Part shown: positions 35,686-44,544 of the stretch, one piece after another
Position numbering within the stretch: position 1 is the stretch's first letter
How the letters are laid out: each line of letters begins with the position of its first letter
Assembly (NCBI GenBank): GCA_018062135.1
Contig: JAGOSW010000001.1
Coordinates: 73,521-137,520, forward strand
DNA length: 64,000 nucleotides
Direction: 5' to 3'
Source of the DNA: Candidatus Woesebacteria bacterium
GTDB taxonomy: Bacteria; Patescibacteriota; Microgenomatia; UBA1406; HO2-37-13b
The notes under the pieces: generated by a model
What the model saw: the letters and a program-made list of their open reading frames with translations, nothing else
What the model was told of the DNA's origin: nothing
The model's database searches: none
Program-made: the position numbers and the translations under genes

Positions 35686-37332
35686 TCAGTGCGTGCTCCC
35701 AGCACTTTTAGCAGCTTTAAAAATTCCACGATCGAGTAATTTACCTAACGGTGATGTTTTGCCCACCAGTTCGCTTAATACTATAAGTCCTTTCGGTTTA
35801 GTAAACATAGCCTTAACAGGCTCAGATGTGCCTTGGAAGAATGTTCCTAAGCTCAAAGCCGGCACCGACATAGTTTGCGTATTGAGTTTTTCTTTTACTA
35901 ATTTAATAAGATCGGGCATTGTCCATAAAATACCAAATGAAACTATCACTCCAAGGTTTTCGGGGTTTATTGAAGCTACGAAGGGCAAAGAAAGAAGTTG
36001 TCCATTTGAAATGGCATTATTAAATGCCCCACTAAGCAGGAATATGGTGATCATAAGGGGGAATGTTAAAAGCTCTACACATATTGTCTGGATCCATGGA
36101 ATGAATACATTTGATCCAGGTAAAGCCTCACCAACTAAAATAAGCGGAGAAAGCATAACGTAAAACAACAACTTAATGTACGTTCTGAACGTTAATATTA
36201 GTAGTCGCATAAAAACCCAGAGGACCGAGAGAGCAATTACTAATCCGAGAAGAATAACAGGGAGCGCATACATGATTTTACCTATAGGCTCAATTAACAA
36301 GATCATTACCATAATAAAAATGATCATTGGAATAGTTGGTGTTTGCCAGCCTACCGTAAAAAACCCAAGTTTTCCACCTATCCATGCAAAAAGCATGATT
36401 CCTAATATGTTTCCGCTTATATGCGTAATAAAAATACGTATAGTATCACCAAACATGCCAAGGAGTGCGTAAGGTAAGTTGTAAACTAGATTTATAACAG
36501 CGTACACGCCACCACTAATACTTCCCTCATAATTACCGATTCCTAAGTTGAGTAAATCAATAGTTGACGGGCTTACATAGCGATCAAGCATAGTTGACAA
36601 TGTAAGATCGGGGCTTATGAGTGGTCCAAAGGTCACAATAATAATACCTGTCATAATATACATGACGTCAACCATAAATCCTGCGATAGCAAAGGAAAAG
36701 TTAATGAGTATCATGGTAATAATAATTTTTGGCAAAGCGTTCTCGAGTTTTATTGCATGTTGTGGATCCATTCGTGTACGGAACATGATCATAAATCCAC
36801 TGATAATCATTGCTAAAGCAATTATCAAGAAAGCAATATCACGAAGTTTTTTCCAAATATGAATAAATGGTGCTAGTCCTGCGAATCCAAGTCCTTCAGC
36901 AGCATATGAATCTGGAACAAATCCCGCCTCATCAAGAGAATGAAGAACATAGTATGAGCCTAATGCTGGAGGGTTAGAATAAGGTGTGGCGATAAGTCCA
37001 CCAATCTTACCCATAACACTTTTGTCAAAATTTTCTGTTGAAAAAGTGTCGTAGTTTGAATCGCATACCATACCAAACATTGCACAATATACGTCCTTTG
37101 ATGTGGTGAGTATTCTTTTTTCCATTTCATTTGCCGGCTTTGCATTATCGTACATTCCCCCAAATGTTTTTTGCTGGGCTATGAGTTTTTCTTCTGGTCT
37201 TTTTACTTCAATGTCGTAAGGAGAGGTTAACTGAGCGAAGAGTGCAAAAGCACCAAAGATCACAAATCCAAGGAGTATTGAATTTCGAACTCCCTTTTTA
37301 AATGACACAAATTTAGAAAGCAAGCTTTGCAT
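35686..37332 (-). CDS. Large polytopic membrane protein (VirB6/TrbL-like topology, unverified)
   Basis: 548 aa. An N-terminal TM segment and an ectodomain of about 130 aa are followed by at least 8 TM helices. Confidence 0.45.
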   Translation of the reverse strand: MQSLLSKFVSFKKGVRNSILLGFVIFGAFALFAQLTSPYDIEVKRPEEKLIAQQKTFGGMYDNAKPANEMEKRILTTSKDVYCAMFGMVCDSNYDTFSTENFDKSVMGKIGGLIATPYSNPPALGSYYVLHSLDEAGFVPDSYAAEGLGFAGLAPFIHIWKKLRDIAFLIIALAMIISGFMIMFRTRMDPQHAIKLENALPKIIITMILINFSFAIAGFMVDVMYIMTGIIIVTFGPLISPDLTLSTMLDRYVSPSTIDLLNLGIGNYEGSISGGVYAVINLVYNLPYALLGMFGDTIRIFITHISGNILGIMLFAWIGGKLGFFTVGWQTPTIPMIIFIMVMILLIEPIGKIMYALPVILLGLVIALSVLWVFMRLLILTFRTYIKLLFYVMLSPLILVGEALPGSNVFIPWIQTICVELLTFPLMITIFLLSGAFNNAISNGQLLSLPFVASINPENLGVIVSFGILWTMPDLIKLVKEKLNTQTMSVPALSLGTFFQGTSEPVKAMFTKPKGLIVLSELVGKTSPLGKLLDRGIFKAAKSAGSTH

Positions 37333-37373
37333 TACTATTCATTCTAAAGGAAATGTATGAGGGTGTGCAAGCT

Positions 37374-37838
37374 CTAACGATATTCGATAAGTAGGCCAGC
37401 AGCCTGGGTAGGAGAAAGGCCTAATTCAATCAGCCATTCATTAAGTTTAGCTTCTGAGAGAGCTCTATCTTGGCCTTTTATGGTAGCAATGAACGAAAAA
37501 TCTGGATTCCCTTCAGGTCGCATCTTTCCATCGATGCGGAAATACTGATTTTCAAAGGGAATTTTATTGTACAGATAGATATCTGGGTAGTCTTGTCTTT
37601 GGCCTTGGTCAACCTCTTCATCAATATCAATGGGATCAGCCGGCCCATCTTGCTGAGGTGTTTCTGTAATGTTTGGATTTGTTGAGCCAGTACTACCTTC
37701 TATGATTGGTGGGTTTTGGCTGTCTAGAGGCTTTTCAGAAGATACGTTTCTATTCAGTGAGAATACAAAGGCACCAATAAGAATGATAAGTAAAATACCT
37801 GAACTTAAAAGTAAGCCGATTAATATTCTGTTTCTCAT
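37374..37838 (-). CDS. Membrane-anchored hypothetical protein (154 aa)
   Basis: An N-terminal TM helix, a Pro/Asp-rich linker and a small globular C-terminus. Confidence 0.5.
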   Translation of the reverse strand: MRNRILIGLLLSSGILLIILIGAFVFSLNRNVSSEKPLDSQNPPIIEGSTGSTNPNITETPQQDGPADPIDIDEEVDQGQRQDYPDIYLYNKIPFENQYFRIDGKMRPEGNPDFSFIATIKGQDRALSEAKLNEWLIELGLSPTQAAGLLIEYR

Positions 37839-37850
37839 ATGGTGTATATT

Positions 37851-39347
37851 TTATCTTTTTCTAAGCCAGCCTGCAAAGTTGCGTTCATTTCTTTCCTGGC
37901 CAATTTGATATGTTCTTTTTCGAACACAGCCCCAGCATGGGTGCCTTGTACCATCTGGAAAGACTTCGAGGAAGTTCGCTTCCATAACGGTAAATGCGCT
38001 TGAATTGCTCTCAACTATGTACGCAACATGTCCCCATGGCATTCCTGGTGCCTTATTCCATACGGCAATATCATTAGGAGCGGCAGGTTGTGTCCTTGAG
38101 TCAATAAGTAGGTACGCGTTGTTGCTTGTTGCGCGCTGATATGCATGGCCTCCAGGACCGTTGTAGGAGTTGCCAGATGCCGCTGCTACAGCTGCTTCTG
38201 TGAAGCCAACACATTGCAGTCGCTCGTAATTTGTTGCACTTGTGACAATTTCATCTTTTGTTTGTTTGTCGTTTTGTGATTTGCTAAAAGCAGCCATGCA
38301 CTGTGCTGCGTTATAGTTGGAAACAAGGCCATTTTCGACTACTTGACCATAATCATAATTTGGGAATTTGCAGTTTGCTCTTATAAAATCAACTAAATCC
38401 ACAACTTCCTGAGCATCGCTGTTACTTACGGGTGGAAGCGGTGCCGGCGGTTGTGATGGATTTCCTCCACCTGGGTTACCTGGCTGCACATTTTGTGGTG
38501 GCTTTATTGGTGGTACGGGATCGCCAATGGTTGTTCCTGGTTCACATGGTTCACAAAAAGAACCAGCACCCCAACTGCATTGGACGCCACTTCCTGGAGC
38601 CGCACAGACACCATGCTTATGACACACACGTGTTCCTGCTTGATCTCCCTGGCCACATGATTCTCTATAGGGTTCGCTACATGATTGCCCAGTTGTTTTA
38701 CAAAGACCGTCTGAGCCGCCCCCGCCTGGTTCACCTGGCTGCGTAGGATCTTCAGGATTCTCATCGACCTCTTCTTCGTCTCCGTCAGTCAAGCTTAAAA
38801 TACTCTTTAAAGTTTTGTTAATAAGATCAGAAATTTCACTTGCAGAATCTATGCGCGAAGCACCACCACTCCTTAAGTTATCTGTGCACTCGGTAGAGGT
38901 TGAATGTACTATCTTGCCTACAGACTGTCCATCACGCAGCACATCGAGCTCAATACGGCCACAATTTACACTTTGGTGCGTAATTTTCGCGGCAGTTTCT
39001 TTTGCGTTAATAGTGACGCTACCCGTTCCAACTTCATAAAAGTAATCATCTTGCATTCCTTGGATACAGGGAGTGTTAATGCCTTGTTTTAGGCACCATC
39101 TTGCGGTATAGGTTAGTATTATGGGGCTACTTGGCGCTCTATCAGTCTGTCCAATCATCTTCCATTCCCATGTTTCATTTGTCGAAAGAGGGTCGCGAAC
39201 ATTCGTTAGAGTAACTTTAAGCGCTTCATCACCGGCTCGTGCTCCTGTAAGGTTTTTTTGCACATAGGTATAGACAGCAATAAGAAGACTGATTAAAAAT
39301 ATAATAATGAAAGGTAAAGCGGTACGAAGTATTTTCTTATTATTCAT
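37851..39347 (-). CDS. Membrane-anchored protein with Cys/Pro-rich linker and C-terminal CHAP peptidoglycan hydrolase domain
   Basis: CHAP catalytic pattern 'LQCVGFTEAAV' (Cys) ... 'WGHVAYIVE' (His). Confidence 0.7.
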   Translation of the reverse strand: MNNKKILRTALPFIIIFLISLLIAVYTYVQKNLTGARAGDEALKVTLTNVRDPLSTNETWEWKMIGQTDRAPSSPIILTYTARWCLKQGINTPCIQGMQDDYFYEVGTGSVTINAKETAAKITHQSVNCGRIELDVLRDGQSVGKIVHSTSTECTDNLRSGGASRIDSASEISDLINKTLKSILSLTDGDEEEVDENPEDPTQPGEPGGGGSDGLCKTTGQSCSEPYRESCGQGDQAGTRVCHKHGVCAAPGSGVQCSWGAGSFCEPCEPGTTIGDPVPPIKPPQNVQPGNPGGGNPSQPPAPLPPVSNSDAQEVVDLVDFIRANCKFPNYDYGQVVENGLVSNYNAAQCMAAFSKSQNDKQTKDEIVTSATNYERLQCVGFTEAAVAAASGNSYNGPGGHAYQRATSNNAYLLIDSRTQPAAPNDIAVWNKAPGMPWGHVAYIVESNSSAFTVMEANFLEVFPDGTRHPCWGCVRKRTYQIGQERNERNFAGWLRKR

Positions 39348-39366
39348 GCCTATCTAGCATTATACG

Positions 39367-40086
39367 TCACGCGGCCTTTTTTGCCCAATAAGAATTGGCA
39401 TCATAAAGACTCTCGAATGTTCCAGCGTCTATCCAAAAGCCAAGCTCAGCCCATCGAAGTTGTCCGGCTTCAATGTAAAAGTTATTGACGTCTGTAATTT
39501 CGAGTTCGCCTCTTTTAGAAGGTTCGCATTTTTTTACAAAGTCGAAAACTTTATTATCGTATATATAGAGCCCAGTAACAGCAAAGTCTGATGGAGGATT
39601 TTCAGGTTTTTCAATTATCTCAGCGATTTTCGAAGGATCATTAGGGTCAAATCGGGGTACTCCAAACCGCTCTGGGTTTTTTACCTTATGTAAAAATATC
39701 ATTGCCCCTTCTGAAAAGGATTTTACAGATTCAGAAATATCTTCATCGGTTGTATTGTCGCCAAGGATAACTGCAAGTGGCTCGCCGTCAGCAAAGTCTT
39801 CTGCGAGAGCGAGGGCATCAGCAATACCACCCTTCGGATTTTCTTGATAGGCATATTCGAGATGGTCAAGGCCAAGTTCTTTACCGTTTTTAAGAACACC
39901 GATAAAATGGCCAGCATGTGGTCCGGAAGTAATAATAAGTACTTCTTTAACTCCTGCGTTGACAAGTGTTTGGATAGGATAAAAAATCATTGGCTTATCG
40001 TATACGGGGAGAAGATGCTTATTTGTTGCGTATGTAAGTGGATACAGTCGTGTTGCTAAACCGCCAGCGAGTATTACACCTTTCAT
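39367..40086 (-). CDS. Sugar-1-phosphate nucleotidylyltransferase (glucose-1-phosphate thymidylyl/uridylyl type, short form)
   Basis: 'MKGVILAGGLATRLYPLTYATNKHLLPV'. Confidence 0.85.
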   Translation of the reverse strand: MKGVILAGGLATRLYPLTYATNKHLLPVYDKPMIFYPIQTLVNAGVKEVLIITSGPHAGHFIGVLKNGKELGLDHLEYAYQENPKGGIADALALAEDFADGEPLAVILGDNTTDEDISESVKSFSEGAMIFLHKVKNPERFGVPRFDPNDPSKIAEIIEKPENPPSDFAVTGLYIYDNKVFDFVKKCEPSKRGELEITDVNNFYIEAGQLRWAELGFWIDAGTFESLYDANSYWAKKAA

Positions 40087-40095
40087 ATTGATTTT

Positions 40096-40380
40096 TTATA
40101 TTAATAACGATCGGAGCAGAAGCATTGCTAGAGCTCCAATCAATATATATTCTAACACAATTTTAAGATGTAGCGACTGATCCCGAGCGTGATGGATAAT
40201 TCCCCACATAACGTAGTAGGCAACAAAGAAGAAACTGACAATGAGTTGCTTCTGGTGTTCGCCCTTAAAAAGTGAAAGGAAGACCAAATAACATATTGCT
40301 GAAACAATAAGGAGTAAATATTCAGCGATATGATGAGCTGCATCATTTTCGATTTTTTTAAATATTGACCAGCGTTTCAT
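40096..40380 (-). CDS. Small 3-TM membrane protein
   Basis: The internal ATG at 40380 abuts the upstream stop. The product is hydrophobic. Confidence 0.4.
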   Translation of the reverse strand: MKRWSIFKKIENDAAHHIAEYLLLIVSAICYLVFLSLFKGEHQKQLIVSFFFVAYYVMWGIIHHARDQSLHLKIVLEYILIGALAMLLLRSLLI

Positions 40381-40382
40381 AG

Positions 40383-41297
40383 TTATAAAATGACTCCTGA
40401 GCGAACAATGAGTAATGCTAATGCTATTGAGCCCAGAAAGAGCCAATGTGCAAGATTTTTTCCACTCATACGAACAATTTTCAGTCTTACTGCGAAAAAG
40501 AGATCAACTCCTAATATAAGCAGGAGCAATCCAATTATTGTGAGCGATGAATTAAGTGAGAACGACTCAAGACTAAGTACACCAGCTTTTTGAATAGGAA
40601 GAGCCTCTTTTGCCTCTGCTTTTATGGGTTTTTGTTCAAGAACTTTTTCTAAGTCCTTCTCCGGCACGGCAGGATTCTCAGGAATTTCAGCGGCTTCTGC
40701 TATGGGGATTGCCTGTGCTTGGACTTGGGATAAAACTGGTTTACCAAACAGTTGAACAACAAGCGTCGTTTCTTCGTTCTGCAAAACCCCATTCGTTACG
40801 CAAAAACCTACATCGTCATATTCTGGGCGCATGATATTTGCGCGATGCGTAGGGGAATTCATCCATCCTTGAACTACCGCATCGCTAAAAAGAAATCCCT
40901 GGGCAAGATTTTCACCGGCATATTCGTATTGATACCCGCTCTGCTTAATAAAATGCCAAGGAGCGGTGCCGTCGCCTGGTCGATAATGTGCCCAGTAATT
41001 ATAGGTAAACATGTCTTGTCCTTTGTTACACGCCGCAGCCGCAAGTTTGTCGTTATAATGCAGCGGCGGAAGGCCCTGATTCGTTCTTTCCTGATTTGTT
41101 TTTTCAAGTAATTTTTCGATTGTTATGTCGGTTGCATAGCCGAGTAATTTTCCTGGCCAAAGGTAGCCAACAGTATTTATCGATATGGCAATCATAAGAA
41201 AGAACATAAGCATATCAAGATGAAGTCCTTTAGCTCTAAAGTTATTATGATGCGAGGGAATAAAAAATTTATGTAATATTTTTCCTATTTGTTTCAT
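40383..41297 (-). CDS. CAP/SCP (YkwD-like) domain protein with N- and C-terminal TM anchors
   Basis: 'QERTNQGLPPLHYNDKLAAAA', 'YAGENLAQGF' and 'WMNSPTHRANI'. Confidence 0.8.
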   Translation of the reverse strand: MKQIGKILHKFFIPSHHNNFRAKGLHLDMLMFFLMIAISINTVGYLWPGKLLGYATDITIEKLLEKTNQERTNQGLPPLHYNDKLAAAACNKGQDMFTYNYWAHYRPGDGTAPWHFIKQSGYQYEYAGENLAQGFLFSDAVVQGWMNSPTHRANIMRPEYDDVGFCVTNGVLQNEETTLVVQLFGKPVLSQVQAQAIPIAEAAEIPENPAVPEKDLEKVLEQKPIKAEAKEALPIQKAGVLSLESFSLNSSLTIIGLLLLILGVDLFFAVRLKIVRMSGKNLAHWLFLGSIALALLIVRSGVIL

Positions 41298-41320
41298 AGT
41301 GTCGTTATGTATTTACTATA

Positions 41321-41710
41321 TCACATCCTTTTTTTTGAGGCAGGTCTCTGTCGTGTGTGATAGATAATATAGAGCACGAGTGTAATGCCGAGAGCATCAA
41401 TGAATACGTCACGTGGCGTGCCACCTCGCGTTGGAATAAAAATTTGATGCAGCTCATCTGAGGCACCATAAAGTACGCTGAAAACCCAAGAAAGTCTTAT
41501 AGCATTATAAAAGTTTTGTGTAACTGTGTTGTACAATGCATTGAATAGAAGCAGTGCCAACAATCCATACTCAGCCATGTGTAAGGTTTTAAAGATCAAG
41601 AAGTCTTCAAGAATTTCGCCAGTTGCAGTAAATTGGGGTTTTGAGGATAGGTAAAAAATAATCCCCATCCAAATCAGTGGTGGTGCCCAATATATAATTT
41701 TTTTAATCAT
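41321..41710 (-). CDS. VanZ-like membrane protein
   Basis: Four TM segments and 'GASDELHQIFIPTRGGTPRDVFIDALG'. Confidence 0.75.
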   Translation of the reverse strand: MIKKIIYWAPPLIWMGIIFYLSSKPQFTATGEILEDFLIFKTLHMAEYGLLALLLFNALYNTVTQNFYNAIRLSWVFSVLYGASDELHQIFIPTRGGTPRDVFIDALGITLVLYIIYHTRQRPASKKRM

Positions 41711-42365
41711 AACGAATACGCTTTATGATTAGGTATACCAAAAAAACACACTGAATAAAAGAAAAGATCCCTATAGGCACTAATGAGGAAACTAAAGCTG
41801 ATGATGTGGGTTGTGGTTGTGGTGTGATGAGGGCCTTTGTAGGAGTTGACATCTTTATTTCAGAAGAAATCTGTTCGGATAGTGAGTGTTTTTTATTAAA
41901 TTCTATGGGTGCTAGGAGATTTTTCTTTTCAGATGTAGGTACAATTTTAATTGTTGGTGATGGTGTTGGCGTAGCCTCATGTAATATATTTGTAGGCGAC
42001 GCTGTTGGTGCTTCACAGAGATTGGCTATCTCATAAGTCGGAAGAACATTTATAATCCAAACATTATTGCACCGGGAGTAACTCTTTCCTTGCTGAATTG
42101 TTTCGTAGGTTATTGTTTCGATAATAATGCCGTCTTTCTCGAGAATTACCGTGTCGCCACCATTATTAAGAATTGCGGAAGCGGTGGCTACTACATATGT
42201 GTGCGCAGGAAGTATGTCTTTATTAATTTTTAAGACCTTACTCGTTACATCGTAAAGCTTTAAACGAGATGTCGATATGCTTTCTGATCCACCATTATAA
42301 ACTTCCACCCACTCAAATCCTTCTTCTGGGTTCGGATGAATTTCACTTACAGTGATATCTGCCAT
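41703..42365 (-). CDS. Lamin-tail-domain (LTD) protein with C-terminal TM anchor
   Basis: 'ISEIHPNPEEGFEWVEVYN' is typical of LTD. Confidence 0.7.
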   Translation of the reverse strand: MADITVSEIHPNPEEGFEWVEVYNGGSESISTSRLKLYDVTSKVLKINKDILPAHTYVVATASAILNNGGDTVILEKDGIIIETITYETIQQGKSYSRCNNVWIINVLPTYEIANLCEAPTASPTNILHEATPTPSPTIKIVPTSEKKNLLAPIEFNKKHSLSEQISSEIKMSTPTKALITPQPQPTSSALVSSLVPIGIFSFIQCVFLVYLIIKRIRYD

Positions 42366-42412
42366 ATAGACGGCATCTTACTAAAGAGAAATTAAAGAAG
42401 TCTTATGCGGTC

Positions 42413-43309
42413 TTACTTAATATATTTTGAAGTTGCGAGGTAGTTTCCGATAAATCCAATTGCAGCGCCAAAAAATATGATGAGTCCATAAGATAGGACA
42501 ATAAATTCTAGGCTTGGCGGGAAAACGAAGATATTAAATTGTTCTAAATTCGCAATGCTGAGCTTTGGAATACCGGTTAAATACGTCTTAAGGAATGGTT
42601 GGAAGTAAAAGAAGATGCCATAAAATAGCACAAATGCCACGGTTCCGCTCAAAAATCCAAAAATCATTCCCTCATTAATGAATGGTCGACGAATGTATCT
42701 TTTTGAGGCTCCAATGAGCTGTAGCACCTCGATCTCTTCTCTCTTGAGCGATATTTTGAACGCTGTAGTTGTTATTAAAACGGTGACCGTTATCGTGAAG
42801 AGTAGGAGTAAGAGTGCTATTGTCACCTGGCGTAATATATTAGTTAGAGCCACTAGGCGGTCTACAATGCTTTTTTGATAATTGACTTCGTCGACAAGCG
42901 GTTGATTTTGTAAAAACTCGGCAAGCTCAGATAAATATACTGGCTTCGTAGCAAAAATTTCTAATGAAGCGGGAAGAATATTGGCAGAAACCATTTCGAG
43001 CAAAAGAGGATTATCCTGGTTTAGATCCTTGTATATTTTTAACGCTGCATTTTGCGACACATAAATAACTGATGAGGTTTTTCCTGTTTTCTCAATCTGC
43101 TCTTTTAGTGTAATTATTTCATCTTCTTTCGCCTTAACGTCGAAATAAGCGATAACCTGAGGCCGTGTTTCTACATATGAAAGCATGCCATGGAAGAATG
43201 AAATTATCGTAAAGAAGAAAAGCGCGAGAAAAAGAGTAAAAAAGAGAATCAAAAAAGAACCAAGTGATTGGTACGGTGTCCTTTTTATTGATGTAATAAA
43301 GTCTCTCAT
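42413..43309 (-). CDS. ftsX: Cell-division ABC transporter permease-like protein FtsX
   Basis: Four-TM FtsX topology immediately after ftsE, with a 4-nt overlap. Confidence 0.85.
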   Translation of the reverse strand: MRDFITSIKRTPYQSLGSFLILFFTLFLALFFFTIISFFHGMLSYVETRPQVIAYFDVKAKEDEIITLKEQIEKTGKTSSVIYVSQNAALKIYKDLNQDNPLLLEMVSANILPASLEIFATKPVYLSELAEFLQNQPLVDEVNYQKSIVDRLVALTNILRQVTIALLLLLFTITVTVLITTTAFKISLKREEIEVLQLIGASKRYIRRPFINEGMIFGFLSGTVAFVLFYGIFFYFQPFLKTYLTGIPKLSIANLEQFNIFVFPPSLEFIVLSYGLIIFFGAAIGFIGNYLATSKYIK

Positions 43310-43989
43310 AATTCGTACTTACCTTCCCGTTTATCTTTTGTAATCTTCCCGTCATTAAGTGTTATGACGCGTTTTTTAAAGCTATTAACGATATCTACAT
43401 TATGTGTAGCAATAAGAATTGTTTTGTTCCCTTCAAGTTTCTTAAATATTTTCATAATTTCCCATGTTGTCTTTGGGTCAAGGTTGCCTGTTGGTTCATC
43501 TGCGAGAATAATATTTCTATCTCCGATAATAGCGCGCGCTATTGCGACGCGCTGGAGTTCTCCGGCAGATAGCTGGACTGGGAACATAAATTTTTTACTA
43601 GACAATCCGACTAGTTCGAGCGCTTCATCAACCTCAGATTTAATGCGGTCTTTTGGAGCATCGGTTACTTTAAGAGAGATTGCAATGTTTTCTACGATGT
43701 TCTTGTCGAAAAGAAGTTTAAAGTCTTGAAAAACAACTCCTATCGATTGTCGCAGTCTTAATTTCTCTGCTTCACTAAACTTTTTTTGAGTAATTTCTTG
43801 ATCGTTGATAAGTATGGTGCCGCTTGTCGGTATTAATTGACGAAGTATCATTTTAAGAATTGTGGTTTTACCAGCACCAGAAGGGCCTACTAGAAAAATA
43901 AAATCATTGTCTTCCACTTGGAATGTGGCGTTGTTGAGGGCAATAGTGCCTGTTGAGTACGTTTTGGTGACGTCATTGAATACGATCAT
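43306..43989 (-). CDS. ftsE: Cell-division ATP-binding protein FtsE
   Basis: Walker A 'GPSGAGKTT', signature 'LSAGELQR' and Walker B 'ILADEP'. Confidence 0.95.
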   Translation of the reverse strand: MIVFNDVTKTYSTGTIALNNATFQVEDNDFIFLVGPSGAGKTTILKMILRQLIPTSGTILINDQEITQKKFSEAEKLRLRQSIGVVFQDFKLLFDKNIVENIAISLKVTDAPKDRIKSEVDEALELVGLSSKKFMFPVQLSAGELQRVAIARAIIGDRNIILADEPTGNLDPKTTWEIMKIFKKLEGNKTILIATHNVDIVNSFKKRVITLNDGKITKDKREGKYEL

Positions 43990-43994
43990 GGTGA

Positions 43995-44504
43995 TTATTT
44001 TAGAACTTCGACATATCCAACATCCATGAGCCAGGCAACGTTCTGTGAAGAGAATGTCTCGCCATAAACTCGTACTTTCTTGCCCACATACTCAGAAAGG
44101 TCGACTGTACTAGAAGTTAGGTATGCAGTCTGATCTTCTCCTCCCGGACGGATTAACTTAAAACTGCCTTCTCCACTTTTGTCGCCACCTTCTTGTATCT
44201 CGCCTTCAGCGGAATCTTTAAACGTCTTTTTATCTACGATTCCTGCGGTTTCTTTTACATCACCTTTGCTCTCAGAATTTGCAGTTTGCGACTCACTACT
44301 TCCGGAACCGGTAGCTTTATTGAGATAACTAAGTCCAAAGCCCGATACGATGCCTAGGACAACGACTAAACCAAGAATTGAGAAGGTTTTTTTAAGTGTC
44401 ATATCTTCTAACGGTTGATCAACTGATAGTTTATGAATTATATTTTCAGAATCAGGCTGGACCAATTGTGTCTTAGCCGTATTCTCGACAGGTTTCATAT
44501 TCAA
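43995..44504 (-). CDS. Membrane-anchored hypothetical protein
   Basis: One TM segment, a Ser/Gly/Glu-rich linker and a small C-terminal beta domain. Confidence 0.5.
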   Translation of the reverse strand: MNMKPVENTAKTQLVQPDSENIIHKLSVDQPLEDMTLKKTFSILGLVVVLGIVSGFGLSYLNKATGSGSSESQTANSESKGDVKETAGIVDKKTFKDSAEGEIQEGGDKSGEGSFKLIRPGGEDQTAYLTSSTVDLSEYVGKKVRVYGETFSSQNVAWLMDVGYVEVLK

Positions 44505-44544
44505 AGAATACCAGAATACGGTATAAAATTAAACGGCAATTCTT

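Noticed and set aside
35513-36163. 216-aa plus-strand ORF, along with 36176-36472 and 36617-36862
   Set aside because: They are antisense to the 548-aa polytopic membrane-protein gene. This is a typical shadow-ORF pattern.
37851-39347. The CHAP hydrolase plus the YvlD holin-like protein (60480-60815), considered as a prophage lysis cassette
   Set aside because: The two genes are 21 kb apart. No capsid, terminase, portal, tail or integrase genes are present. The CHAP protein is membrane-anchored within an envelope operon.
30661-39347. Calling the envelope cluster a complete type IV secretion or conjugation system
   Set aside because: No VirB4, VirD4 or VirB11 ATPase, relaxase or coupling protein is in the window. 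The VirB6-like assignment rests on topology only. It is reported as a hypothesis, not as a feature call.
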